Below are positions 26,609-35,754 of a DNA stretch of 64,000 nt, piece after piece; position 1 is the stretch's first letter, and each line of letters begins with the position of its first letter. The stretch lies in the IMG/VR virus record IMGVR_UViG_3300027969_000040; one strand, written 5' to 3'. Origin of the DNA: a virus (lineage: Duplodnaviria > Caudoviricetes). Both the position numbers and the translations under genes were made by a program. The notes under the pieces were generated by a model that was not told the origin of the DNA, ran no database searches, and saw only the letters and a list, made by a program, of their open reading frames with translations.

Positions 26609-29600
26609 TTATAAGGCAAGGATGGCATTTTTAAAGGCTGTAAAATTTGCCGACGACGATGCAATGCTCTTTAAACTTGCAACTGTTATTGAACCGTTGT
26701 TAATTCTCGACGAACTCGACGATATTACTTTTTCACCGTTTGTTATTACACTACCTAACAATACCTTTGAAAATCCATTGGCTATAATATCTGCCCCTGT
26801 TGTTATAAGTATGTTCTGGCGGTCGCCACCTACTAGTTCTGCATAAATGTAAGTAGTTGCATTTGCTGGTACAGCTACTATTGTGTCGGGTACCTTGGCA
26901 TAATACCCACCAATGAATAACGGATATGATTTTAAATAAACTGATAATCCAACTGTGGGTTCTGACGATATGTTCATATCGTATCTTCCTGAACCGTCGG
27001 CAAACCATTCATCCTCGTTATGCATAGCACCGGTTACAACATTCTTAGATGAACTAATCAATACACTAGTATGGGCCTCAGTTCCAATCATGCAATAGTA
27101 ACCAAACGTAGTACTAAATCCAAAACTACAACCATACCATGGACTTATACTAGAGTAAGTGGTAGGAACGGTGCGAGTAAATTTGTTCCAATCGTATGTA
27201 GTCATAGTGTTTGAACTAATATTAAATTCTAGTATCTTAAAGAAAGCACCGCCGGGAACATATATTTCAATGTAATGTAGGAATCTACCATTAGCGGTTA
27301 AACAAGCCGTGCCGTTATTAACACTCCAGGAATTAGCAGTATCCCCGCGTTGACCATTGGCATAGTCGTTTTCTGTAGTTACAAATGGTCCGTATATATC
27401 ATTCCAGCCGCCGCTGCTGTAGTGCGCAATATAAAATTGATGTGCGGGCCCAGATACAACCGCCCAGAATTTTTTATCCCCATCTAATCCGTTATATACA
27501 GTGTTTCCGGCTAATACAACATTGGTTACACTACCAATTGTAGTTGGAATTGCAGGAATAGTAAATCCAGTAGAAGTGTAAACTCTAACGCCATTCAAGA
27601 CAGTTATAATATACAGCAATCGGCCAGGAGTGGCACTATATGCCAACGGAGTTCCTTGTATAGATGTAATACCATAACTATTGGTGTCATTTGATATTAC
27701 TGCACTAGGATCCTCGACCCCACTGGTTATTGGATTTATTTTAATAGTGTCATTACTAGAATACGCGGTTGCAAAAACTCCTTGTGAGAAGTTTGCCGAG
27801 ATAGATTTACTACCATACGTTACGCTGTCTCCGGTAAACAATATGTTATTGCCAATGATATGCCCGTAGGATGCTGTAACACTCTTACTCCAGGCACTGG
27901 CGTCGGGAATTCCTACACTTTTACTATAGGTCGCTGTTGCACCATTGCCAATGGTTTGTGAAAATGTGTATGGGAAAGAATAGATTTGAAATCCTCTGGT
28001 ATCCCAAGTACCAACTATAGAAAGATTAACTGTTCTGGCATATTCGTCTGTGAGTACACTTGGTCCTTGTCCGGCAGTGCCAAATCCTTCGCCCATACCA
28101 CCTGTTGGTGTTTCCCAAGTAGTATCTGGCAGTTTATGATATCGATATCCAGACGCTTTAAGTGGTATTAAATTGTTCGGAGAGTCGGATCCGCTAATTA
28201 ACCAAGTTTTAGGAATTCTCCATAATATGGTAGTACCAAAACCTTGTCCAATGCCGCCGCCATTTTGTTGGTATACATAATAACCAACAGCTTTCATTAT
28301 AAACTTTTCAGTGAATTTATTCCAAGTAAATGCAAATGCAGATCCCCAGGGATTGTATCCAAACGGTAATGTGTTATCTGCTACAGTTTTACCGCTACTA
28401 GTCTGATCGATGTTAGTAACCTCGGCATTATCAAATAACTGATGCGATCTGAGTAAATTCAATGTGTTATCATAAACAGATAACAAAATTGACGTGCTGC
28501 TCATTGTTGTGCATAATATTCTATCACCACCAATATCTTGTAACAAGAATATATTATTTACACCACTAGTGATTGAAGTTACATCTTTGTAAAGCGTCCA
28601 CGTATTAGACTTGTTGTTACCATTGGTAAGAGCTATCACATTTCGTGTTACGCTAGTGACCGAATCCTTTAAACCTAAGTATGCAAAATTTGTTCCGATG
28701 TTGTATATTCGTTGAATATATTCATTGCTAGTTGTAAAAGTCACTGCAATAGGTTCTGTGTCATAAACAAATTCGTCTACTGCTGTGAATCTATAAGCTC
28801 TAAATGGTCTAACCAGACCGGTCGGGGTATCAGCATGAAAATATACTACTTGAAATCCTTGACTGTCTGTCAGATAAAATGCATAACTGCCTTGAGCACC
28901 TAAGCTAAATTTAAAGTCTGAATATAAAGGAACAAAATTTTCTTCCCCTACTCCTGCCGAAGGCGGCAAGTTTAAATAAGTGCTAGCATCTACGTACTGT
29001 TTCATAGCAACGTTGCCAGCAATTCGTTCGTTTCTTTCAAAAGAGTCACCGGCAACACGGGATTGAGTTTCGGCAGCTAGTCGGGCTAAAATTACAGTAT
29101 TACCAGTTAAGCGGTCGGCAGCTTCTGCTGCTACAACATCACCAATATGTGATAATATTGTAGCTTGTCTGGTAGGAGTATAATATTTGTTAGTAACTCC
29201 TTCGGTTAATTCGTCGCTGGTATTTGCCGCCAATGACGTATTAATATAGGGTTGATTATTTGACGAAAACTTAAACGCACTTGCATATACAGTGCCATTG
29301 ACATCCAATCCGGGTCGCGGACGTTGAACATTCACACCTACGCCGCCTGCTTCGGGAGTAACAAAATTTATACTATCCTCGGCTGGGCCAAACCCCTCAT
29401 TGCTAACACCTAATTCTAAAACAGTTTTCTCTCCATCGTATGCATGGTACCTAATATAGGCTGTGTCGCCTGCTCCGCCACCTGGATTATTAGGAAATTT
29501 AATACCATTAACAGAAGTATTGCCCGAGCTAGGAGTTATCAATGAATTATCTACTAGAATTCTTTTCCATGAACTCCAATTTGCCACATCACCAGTGTTG

Positions 29601-31576
29601 TCGTTTACTCTAAAAAATATTTTATCTGGTTCGCCCTCTTCTGCATTCCAGTTCATTGCCAATTGTGCTGCGGTATCATGCAAATTATCATGTACCGATA
29701 TTCCCATATAATATGGTCCAGGGAAGTCTGTTGAGCTATGTGCTTGGAATCCTAATATATTAGGAGATGGGAATGTTCTTGGTCCAGGGCTTTTAGCACC
29801 AACATTAAAATTATACCAACCGCCCATTCCATCTGCACCTGTTGCCCCCGACAATCCCGTTGCGCCAATTGGACCGGTTGATCCTTTTGAACCTGTTGCT
29901 CCTGTTGCTCCAGCAAATGCAACTATACCGCTTTCGCCTCGTGGGCCGGTTGCTCCGATTATTCCACCATTGTATATCCATGCAGCCATGGTGGTTGCGC
30001 CACCGCCTTCACCTTGTTTAACCTCGAATCCTAGTACGTCTCCGCTTGCAAATACTACACTTAAACCTATTACAACAGCACGAGGCGTAGCCGCTAACGC
30101 TATAGAAACTTCAGCCCCAGTTGGCTCACCATTTTTAGTAACTTGTATAACAGTATCATCGGTATATGGAGTTAAAGCATCTAATGTAATTGCAGACAAA
30201 GTACAATATTCAAGAATTGTAATCCCCGGGCCAACACCATCGCTGCCGTAACCAAAGGTAGCGCCAGGAAATATACTACCAGTATGTTGGCCTACTAATA
30301 CAATCCTACCGCCGCCTGGGCCGGCAGCACCAGTTGGTCCAGGGGCGCCAGTCGGTCCTACTGAACTCATGCCAGTAGCACCAACCGGACCCTCGGGTCC
30401 GGGAATTCCTTGTATACCTGTGGCGCCAGTAGAGCCCAATGGTCCGGTTTCGCCAATATATCCTCTAAAGCCGCTAGCACCAGTGGCACCAATGCCGGCA
30501 AATCTACCATCAATACCAGTTGCACCTCTTGCCCCAGTGGGACCGGTGGCCCCGACGTCACCTGTTCGTGCAAATGTTATTATAACATTTTCAAGATTGC
30601 TAAATGATTGAATACCGCTAACTTTTCCGCAAGTTACTGCAAAATATAATTCACGTTCGCTTATACTTTCGATAGTAAAAATTGCCGAAGTACTAGGATC
30701 TAAACTATCACTGATTCTAAAATGCCCTTTAATAGGATTAGTACTGTCGTCGATAGTTCTTAAAAATCCAGCCACAGCAACATTGTTAATATCAATTTTA
30801 CTAACAAACATTGTATTAACTGCACCCAGATCTGGACTATTCAGAGATACTTTGCCATCACCGGGGTATGTATCTCCGTAAATTGTTCTATACTTGTATT
30901 GTAATGTTATGCCACCAAACTGCCCAGCAGGCCCTTGTGCGCCAGTTGCACCTCTTGGCCCTGCACCGGTTGCACCGGTTGCTCCTTTACCGCTGCCTCC
31001 ACTGCCTCCCAAATTGGCAAAATCAATTAACCAATAAGTATTACCATTGTCGGCTGATGCAAATTCTACTAGAAAATCACCAGTATCGGGAAACATTAGT
31101 TGGTTGTTGACTACTTGTTGATTGCCTTTTATTCCGTATGCCATTTTAATTGGCAATTGAACTCTATGAGACGAATTTGCAACAGAAAACCAAATCACCA
31201 CGCTACCATATTGCCCAGTTGGTGGAAATCCAGTGAAATCCAATTCTATGTTATTTACTACTGTTATTTTTTGTACAGATCCGTCAGTATAAACTACACC
31301 AACTGTTCCTTGTCTGAGACCTAAATCTTTAAATGTATAGCTGGGCGATTTTAATTGTGGTCTTGTTACTAGTGTGTAATTGAAATCGTTTGTTACTACT
31401 TCATTTCCAATTGGGCCTAATACTACAGCTCTATTTTGTAATGAATTAATTTCAAGTTTAGCATTTCCTAATGCTACTTTGATATTAGAAAAGTTATCTC
31501 TAAAACCTTGACTGTCGTTATTCTGCCCAGCGATTGGGAAAAGTTCGTTAATCCTGCTTGTGTTGATGTTGCTCAT
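26609..31576 (-). CDS. 1655-aa tail fibre/baseplate structural protein with collagen-like segments
   Basis: N-terminal FPIAGQNNDSQGFRDNF anchor, GATG/GPTG repeats, beta-rich C-terminal region. Confidence 0.8.
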   Translation of the reverse strand: MSNINTSRINELFPIAGQNNDSQGFRDNFSNIKVALGNAKLEINSLQNRAVVLGPIGNEVVTNDFNYTLVTRPQLKSPSYTFKDLGLRQGTVGVVYTDGSVQKITVVNNIELDFTGFPPTGQYGSVVIWFSVANSSHRVQLPIKMAYGIKGNQQVVNNQLMFPDTGDFLVEFASADNGNTYWLIDFANLGGSGGSGKGATGATGAGPRGATGAQGPAGQFGGITLQYKYRTIYGDTYPGDGKVSLNSPDLGAVNTMFVSKIDINNVAVAGFLRTIDDSTNPIKGHFRISDSLDPSTSAIFTIESISERELYFAVTCGKVSGIQSFSNLENVIITFARTGDVGATGPTGARGATGIDGRFAGIGATGASGFRGYIGETGPLGSTGATGIQGIPGPEGPVGATGMSSVGPTGAPGPTGAAGPGGGRIVLVGQHTGSIFPGATFGYGSDGVGPGITILEYCTLSAITLDALTPYTDDTVIQVTKNGEPTGAEVSIALAATPRAVVIGLSVVFASGDVLGFEVKQGEGGGATTMAAWIYNGGIIGATGPRGESGIVAFAGATGATGSKGSTGPIGATGLSGATGADGMGGWYNFNVGAKSPGPRTFPSPNILGFQAHSSTDFPGPYYMGISVHDNLHDTAAQLAMNWNAEEGEPDKIFFRVNDNTGDVANWSSWKRILVDNSLITPSSGNTSVNGIKFPNNPGGGAGDTAYIRYHAYDGEKTVLELGVSNEGFGPAEDSINFVTPEAGGVGVNVQRPRPGLDVNGTVYASAFKFSSNNQPYINTSLAANTSDELTEGVTNKYYTPTRQATILSHIGDVVAAEAADRLTGNTVILARLAAETQSRVAGDSFERNERIAGNVAMKQYVDASTYLNLPPSAGVGEENFVPLYSDFKFSLGAQGSYAFYLTDSQGFQVVYFHADTPTGLVRPFRAYRFTAVDEFVYDTEPIAVTFTTSNEYIQRIYNIGTNFAYLGLKDSVTSVTRNVIALTNGNNKSNTWTLYKDVTSITSGVNNIFLLQDIGGDRILCTTMSSTSILLSVYDNTLNLLRSHQLFDNAEVTNIDQTSSGKTVADNTLPFGYNPWGSAFAFTWNKFTEKFIMKAVGYYVYQQNGGGIGQGFGTTILWRIPKTWLISGSDSPNNLIPLKASGYRYHKLPDTTWETPTGGMGEGFGTAGQGPSVLTDEYARTVNLSIVGTWDTRGFQIYSFPYTFSQTIGNGATATYSKSVGIPDASAWSKSVTASYGHIIGNNILFTGDSVTYGSKSISANFSQGVFATAYSSNDTIKINPITSGVEDPSAVISNDTNSYGITSIQGTPLAYSATPGRLLYIITVLNGVRVYTSTGFTIPAIPTTIGSVTNVVLAGNTVYNGLDGDKKFWAVVSGPAHQFYIAHYSSGGWNDIYGPFVTTENDYANGQRGDTANSWSVNNGTACLTANGRFLHYIEIYVPGGAFFKILEFNISSNTMTTYDWNKFTRTVPTTYSSISPWYGCSFGFSTTFGYYCMIGTEAHTSVLISSSKNVVTGAMHNEDEWFADGSGRYDMNISSEPTVGLSVYLKSYPLFIGGYYAKVPDTIVAVPANATTYIYAELVGGDRQNILITTGADIIANGFSKVLLGSVITNGEKVISSSSSRINNGSITVASLKSIASSSANFTAFKNAILAL

Positions 31577-31577
31577 A

Positions 31578-33581
31578 TTAATTAAATGCTCCAGTTTTAG
31601 GGAATTTCAGATACTTATTACCAATTTCCGAAACCCGACTACCCAATGAATAGTCTAAATTATCACCAAATTTGGTTGTTCCGTTTTCGAATAATGTAAA
31701 ATCGTCGTCGAATGAAGTGGGTTCGGAAATAGCAAATCCATCTGCTACGTTAATAAATGTACTTGCTAAGTTCTGATCTAATTCGTAACGATCAAATTCA
31801 AATTTAAAATTATTAAAATCAACACCCAATTGTTTTAATTTAAATGCAATTTGAGCGCTGCCGCCGGGTATGGTATATGCTAATACTATACCAGATATTA
31901 ATCCCAATGGTGAAAAGAATTGACCTGGTTTGTCGGGGATTGGTTGTGGGCTAGTCATCCACCTAGGCAAAATTCCACGGTTGTAATATCCAACTGTTGA
32001 TTTAATTCTATTTCTCATATTTACTAAACTAGTACTCTCAATGGTATAATTTATAGTTCCATTTTTTTGATAAAAGTTTTTTATGTAAGGGCGCAAGTCA
32101 ATTGTATCCGGTGCCGCTACTTCGGTGGTAATATTACGATCGAATCGACTTCCTTTATCAATGATTGGCAAGTATACTACTTCATAAAGTATATTTAATT
32201 GTTCGTCGTGCGCTATAGCAGTTTTTACATTACCAATTAATAAAGATTTGTTAGAATGATTTTTTTCTAACATAGCGGTATAATCTGCTATATCTGTGTA
32301 CTTTACACCTGGCGCAAATAAAAATCTCAGATCGCTACTTTTACCAAACCATTCGTCAATTGCTCTGTATATTAGTTTTGGTGGAAATAGTCTTGGATCA
32401 TTTAATATACTATTTAAATTAAGTCTTTCTTCTACTTTTGGAAATGCACGTATCCAGATATTAGTATATGGCTTATCGTGAAATCTTGTAACATGCCAAT
32501 TAAATGTTTGTTCGGCATACGTGAAATAATTGTCAGTTACAGCTCTAATAGTAAATTCATAGTAATCATTGATTGGCACAGTCGAAGGGTCATCTTGATA
32601 ACATCTAAAACTGGTTCTTCCTAATAATAAACCGGTTGAAGACAATGCTACACCCTGCGGCATCGAATTAGTATATCCTGGTTTCAGACTATAATATAAT
32701 TTTGAACGATCGCTGGTTGTTGCTACAATTGATAATTCACTTACTGCACCATTTATAATATCGGGTAGTTGAGGTGGAGTAACCCACTCTATATAATTGT
32801 TGTCGGAGATTGTGAAAAATATATAATAGGTATCCGGATTGAATTGTAGATAGGTACTATTTGTTTCAAACCATGTATCTTCTGACGATATCCGTTTGTA
32901 AATTAATCTTGCAGTTACAGATAATAATATTGGACCAGTGTCGGCTGAAAAATTAAGTACAAATTGATAATCAAATTCGCCGCCATCTACTGGTGCTGAC
33001 AATATGTCGGTGATCCAGGTATTCCAACTTGGTTGAGATAAATTTCCCGATAAGGGGGAACCCGGTTTTAAAAATTCTTCTCTGGCTAAGGGTTTCGCTA
33101 GGGAATTATTTTTAATAGTATTGCCAACTATTGATCCATTGGGATATACTACTACATTAGGCGGAAGTTCACCGCCACCTAATCGCCAATACACAGTATT
33201 GTCTGCAATAAAATCACCGCGATTAATTATATATTCAAATTGATTATTAAAAAATCTAACACGGTTTTGTCTAGGATCCGACGGGATATAAGATGAAAAA
33301 TATAAAACTGATAGACTAAATTCTTTATCAGCAGTCTCGCCAGATTCGCTTGTTGCTCTTACTATAAATGTATTAATAAAAATAGGAGTATTTGGAGTTG
33401 GATGTAATACAGTTCCGCTACCTTGCAACATTCCGGCTGCTGTAAGTTGAATATTTGGATACTGGCCACCTACTAGGGCATAGGAAACAGCATTTACAGC
33501 CGTGAGATACCTGACAAAAAAGTCAGATAATAAGACAGATCCCAGATTAGAATCTACGCCAGACCAATCAGGTACACTCAT
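31578..33581 (-). CDS. Baseplate/virion structural protein with Ig-like segments
   Basis: LPPNVVVYPNGSIVG and MPQGVALSSTGLLLG Ig-like signatures; EFDRYE C-terminal block; sits in the tail cluster. Confidence 0.65.
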   Translation of the reverse strand: MSVPDWSGVDSNLGSVLLSDFFVRYLTAVNAVSYALVGGQYPNIQLTAAGMLQGSGTVLHPTPNTPIFINTFIVRATSESGETADKEFSLSVLYFSSYIPSDPRQNRVRFFNNQFEYIINRGDFIADNTVYWRLGGGELPPNVVVYPNGSIVGNTIKNNSLAKPLAREEFLKPGSPLSGNLSQPSWNTWITDILSAPVDGGEFDYQFVLNFSADTGPILLSVTARLIYKRISSEDTWFETNSTYLQFNPDTYYIFFTISDNNYIEWVTPPQLPDIINGAVSELSIVATTSDRSKLYYSLKPGYTNSMPQGVALSSTGLLLGRTSFRCYQDDPSTVPINDYYEFTIRAVTDNYFTYAEQTFNWHVTRFHDKPYTNIWIRAFPKVEERLNLNSILNDPRLFPPKLIYRAIDEWFGKSSDLRFLFAPGVKYTDIADYTAMLEKNHSNKSLLIGNVKTAIAHDEQLNILYEVVYLPIIDKGSRFDRNITTEVAAPDTIDLRPYIKNFYQKNGTINYTIESTSLVNMRNRIKSTVGYYNRGILPRWMTSPQPIPDKPGQFFSPLGLISGIVLAYTIPGGSAQIAFKLKQLGVDFNNFKFEFDRYELDQNLASTFINVADGFAISEPTSFDDDFTLFENGTTKFGDNLDYSLGSRVSEIGNKYLKFPKTGAFN

Positions 33582-33635
33582 TTAAAATTGTTCCATACAT
33601 ACTATATTTATGGAACAATTTATAACCAACTATTA

Positions 33636-34025
33636 TCAGCGACGCATCCTTGCAATATCTTCTGCGTCTTGCTGCCGAAATACCGGGACAGCATTGCTCT
33701 TATGCAATTGTCCTATTCCTAACATTTCAGTTCCAGTATACATCTGAGTGGGTTTAAGAATAGCTACGCCGCCGCTATCTCTACTGGGAATATGTTTTGT
33801 ATTTGTACGTCCAATTGGCGTTTCAAGTTTATACACTAACGGTTCTGCTGCCATTGCCCGTTTACGCTTCTTTTCTTCTTGCTCAACACCCCAACGTTGT
33901 TGCAATTGTTTCCAATCGTCAGCTAATTCTCTAGCTCGTTTTGCTTCGGTTGCATTACGAAATTTAACTTTACCTTTTTTCTTGCCACTGGTACTAAGCC
34001 ACGGGCCTTCTAAATGCATGGTCAT
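33636..34025 (-). CDS. Basic hypothetical protein
   Basis: 129 aa ending GIGQLHKSNAVPVF; own sigma70 promoter. Confidence 0.8.
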   Translation of the reverse strand: MTMHLEGPWLSTSGKKKGKVKFRNATEAKRARELADDWKQLQQRWGVEQEEKKRKRAMAAEPLVYKLETPIGRTNTKHIPSRDSGGVAILKPTQMYTGTEMLGIGQLHKSNAVPVFRQQDAEDIARMRR

Positions 34026-34052
34026 AAGAAATAGTTGTTAGTTAAAAATGCT

Positions 34053-34081
34053 ATTTTAGCAGAAAAATAGCCCTGTGTCAA
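34053..34081 (-). promoter_or_regulatory. sigma70 promoter TTGACA-N17-TAAAAT
   Basis: Read from the sequence. Confidence 0.8.
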
Positions 34082-34086
34082 CCGTT

Positions 34087-34737
34087 TTAGGTTTCGTACA
34101 TTAATTTATTGGTGAATTTTAGCAATAATTTATGATGGGATCCGTTGTGCCAATTTGGACCCATGCGCTTATAGCTGTCATACCAAAACTTTTCACTTTC
34201 CGGGTGACATCCTATTAATCCTAAATTATTTTGGATAATTGCCATTGGTTCTCCATTTAAATATGTTGCTACAGTTTCAAATCTTTTTGGATTGCCTAAA
34301 AAAGTGCAACCATCATTAAAGAACATTTTTTCGTTACGATTATTCCATGTAACAGGCATAGCTTTAGTATGCGGGCGACGAGTACATGCTGTGGGTCTTT
34401 TATAGTATTGTACTGCATCTACACCTTCTAATAGATTAAAATAGTGGGATCCAGCCCAATAAGCGCCCATACATATACCCAAGTATTTCCCCCCGTTGCT
34501 TACAAAGTTAGCAATAGGATCGCCATTGATTCTAAGTAGATAATCGTAACTATCAGAGTTTCCAAACCCCCCGGGAAATGCCAACATATCCACATTATCA
34601 AAAAATCCTTTTTCTAGTTCGTGTTTGGTAAAAATTTTAAAGTTATAGTGGGATTTAAGTGCAGCGATAATACCATTTCCACTTTGTATGGAACACATGG
34701 GTTGATGAATAAACAACGCTATAGTGGGTTTTACCAT
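34087..34737 (-). CDS. Class I glutamine-amidotransferase-like protein (biotin-protein-ligase N-terminal, BPL_N-like)
   Basis: LAFPGG, YLGICMGAY nucleophile elbow, GCHPE; start at 34737 after AAGGTG SD. Confidence 0.8.
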   Translation of the reverse strand: MVKPTIALFIHQPMCSIQSGNGIIAALKSHYNFKIFTKHELEKGFFDNVDMLAFPGGFGNSDSYDYLLRINGDPIANFVSNGGKYLGICMGAYWAGSHYFNLLEGVDAVQYYKRPTACTRRPHTKAMPVTWNNRNEKMFFNDGCTFLGNPKRFETVATYLNGEPMAIIQNNLGLIGCHPESEKFWYDSYKRMGPNWHNGSHHKLLLKFTNKLMYET

Positions 34738-34774
34738 TGAAATCACCTTTTTGATATTATTATTTATTCAATGG

Positions 34775-34842
34775 GAAAGGGTCTTACGACCCTTAACTCT
34801 GGTTACGGGATCCAGAATCCACCCAATCTTGTGGCCGGTTAA
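34775..34842 (-). ncRNA. Candidate small structured RNA or leader
   Basis: Helices UUAAC/GUUAA, CCAC/GUGG and UCUGG/CCAGA, then AAGGGUC-GUAA-GACCCUU; TAAATA box at 34846-34851. Confidence 0.4.
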
Positions 34843-34874
34843 ATGTATTTAAACTTAAAATCATTACAATACCA

Positions 34875-35210
34875 TTACAATGACAATTTCTTTTTATTAT
34901 AATTTAATACTTTAGATTTTTCTCCGACACCCAATATACAAGCTGTCTCCTTGTCAAATTGTATAATAGACCAAGTTCCAGTTTCCTGATTTATTAACAG
35001 TCCAAATTTGGTTTTTTCGTCCTCTCCGGACCACGCCGGTAATTCTTGATATTCTCCGTTTATTAAGTCGTCAAATATTTTTTTAGTTTTATCACACATC
35101 ACCGGTTTTTTAAGTTCAAACGCTGTTGATGCAGTATCAACATATGCAGATTGCGCCAGTGCTATAGCAATAACAAATGCTAGTGTGGCAAAGATGATTA
35201 TTTTTTTCAT
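34875..35210 (-). CDS. Exported hypothetical protein
   Basis: Signal peptide MKKIIIFATLAFVIAIALA; two Cys. Confidence 0.75.
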   Translation of the reverse strand: MKKIIIFATLAFVIAIALAQSAYVDTASTAFELKKPVMCDKTKKIFDDLINGEYQELPAWSGEDEKTKFGLLINQETGTWSIIQFDKETACILGVGEKSKVLNYNKKKLSL

Positions 35211-35213
35211 AGT

Positions 35214-35753
35214 TTAACTTAAAAAAGGACGTACCCCGTATAAATCTGCTACTGCTTCTCTATTAGTTCTTACCATATATTCCTGTGCCCAATCCCAGGC
35301 ACTTTGACGATCGGGCGCAGTAAATGTAATTATTAATTGGTCACTGGATCTTTTGTATATTTCCCATTCTTGGGAATTATCATTATACTGCTGATCTTGA
35401 CTTGCGTCAACTGTATCCCAACCCAATAATCCATTGTTTGGAGTAACATCCATTCCTAGCCCTTTTAATGGGGATAAAACCGGAACCACTTCGATTTCAT
35501 TATGGTAATTATTTCTTTCGGCCCAACTCCGTGCAATTTTATTTGCATCGTCTTGTACATTTCCTATCCCACTAAATCTATACAGTTCTCTACCACTGGA
35601 GTCTATCACAGACCATGCACCACTGAATGCACCCATACGTTGATAATTATTGCCATTTCTAGTAAATAATCTATTTAGATTGTTTTTAATTCTATTAGAT
35701 TTACCAAAGAATTTGTCATTGTCAGATTCGGCAATAATTTCGTTAGCTCGCAT
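35214..35753 (-). CDS. Hypothetical protein with MRANEIIAE leader
   Basis: 179 aa; internal repeat W.I......L..F...........AW. Confidence 0.75.
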   Translation of the reverse strand: MRANEIIAESDNDKFFGKSNRIKNNLNRLFTRNGNNYQRMGAFSGAWSVIDSSGRELYRFSGIGNVQDDANKIARSWAERNNYHNEIEVVPVLSPLKGLGMDVTPNNGLLGWDTVDASQDQQYNDNSQEWEIYKRSSDQLIITFTAPDRQSAWDWAQEYMVRTNREAVADLYGVRPFLS

Positions 35754-35754
35754 T

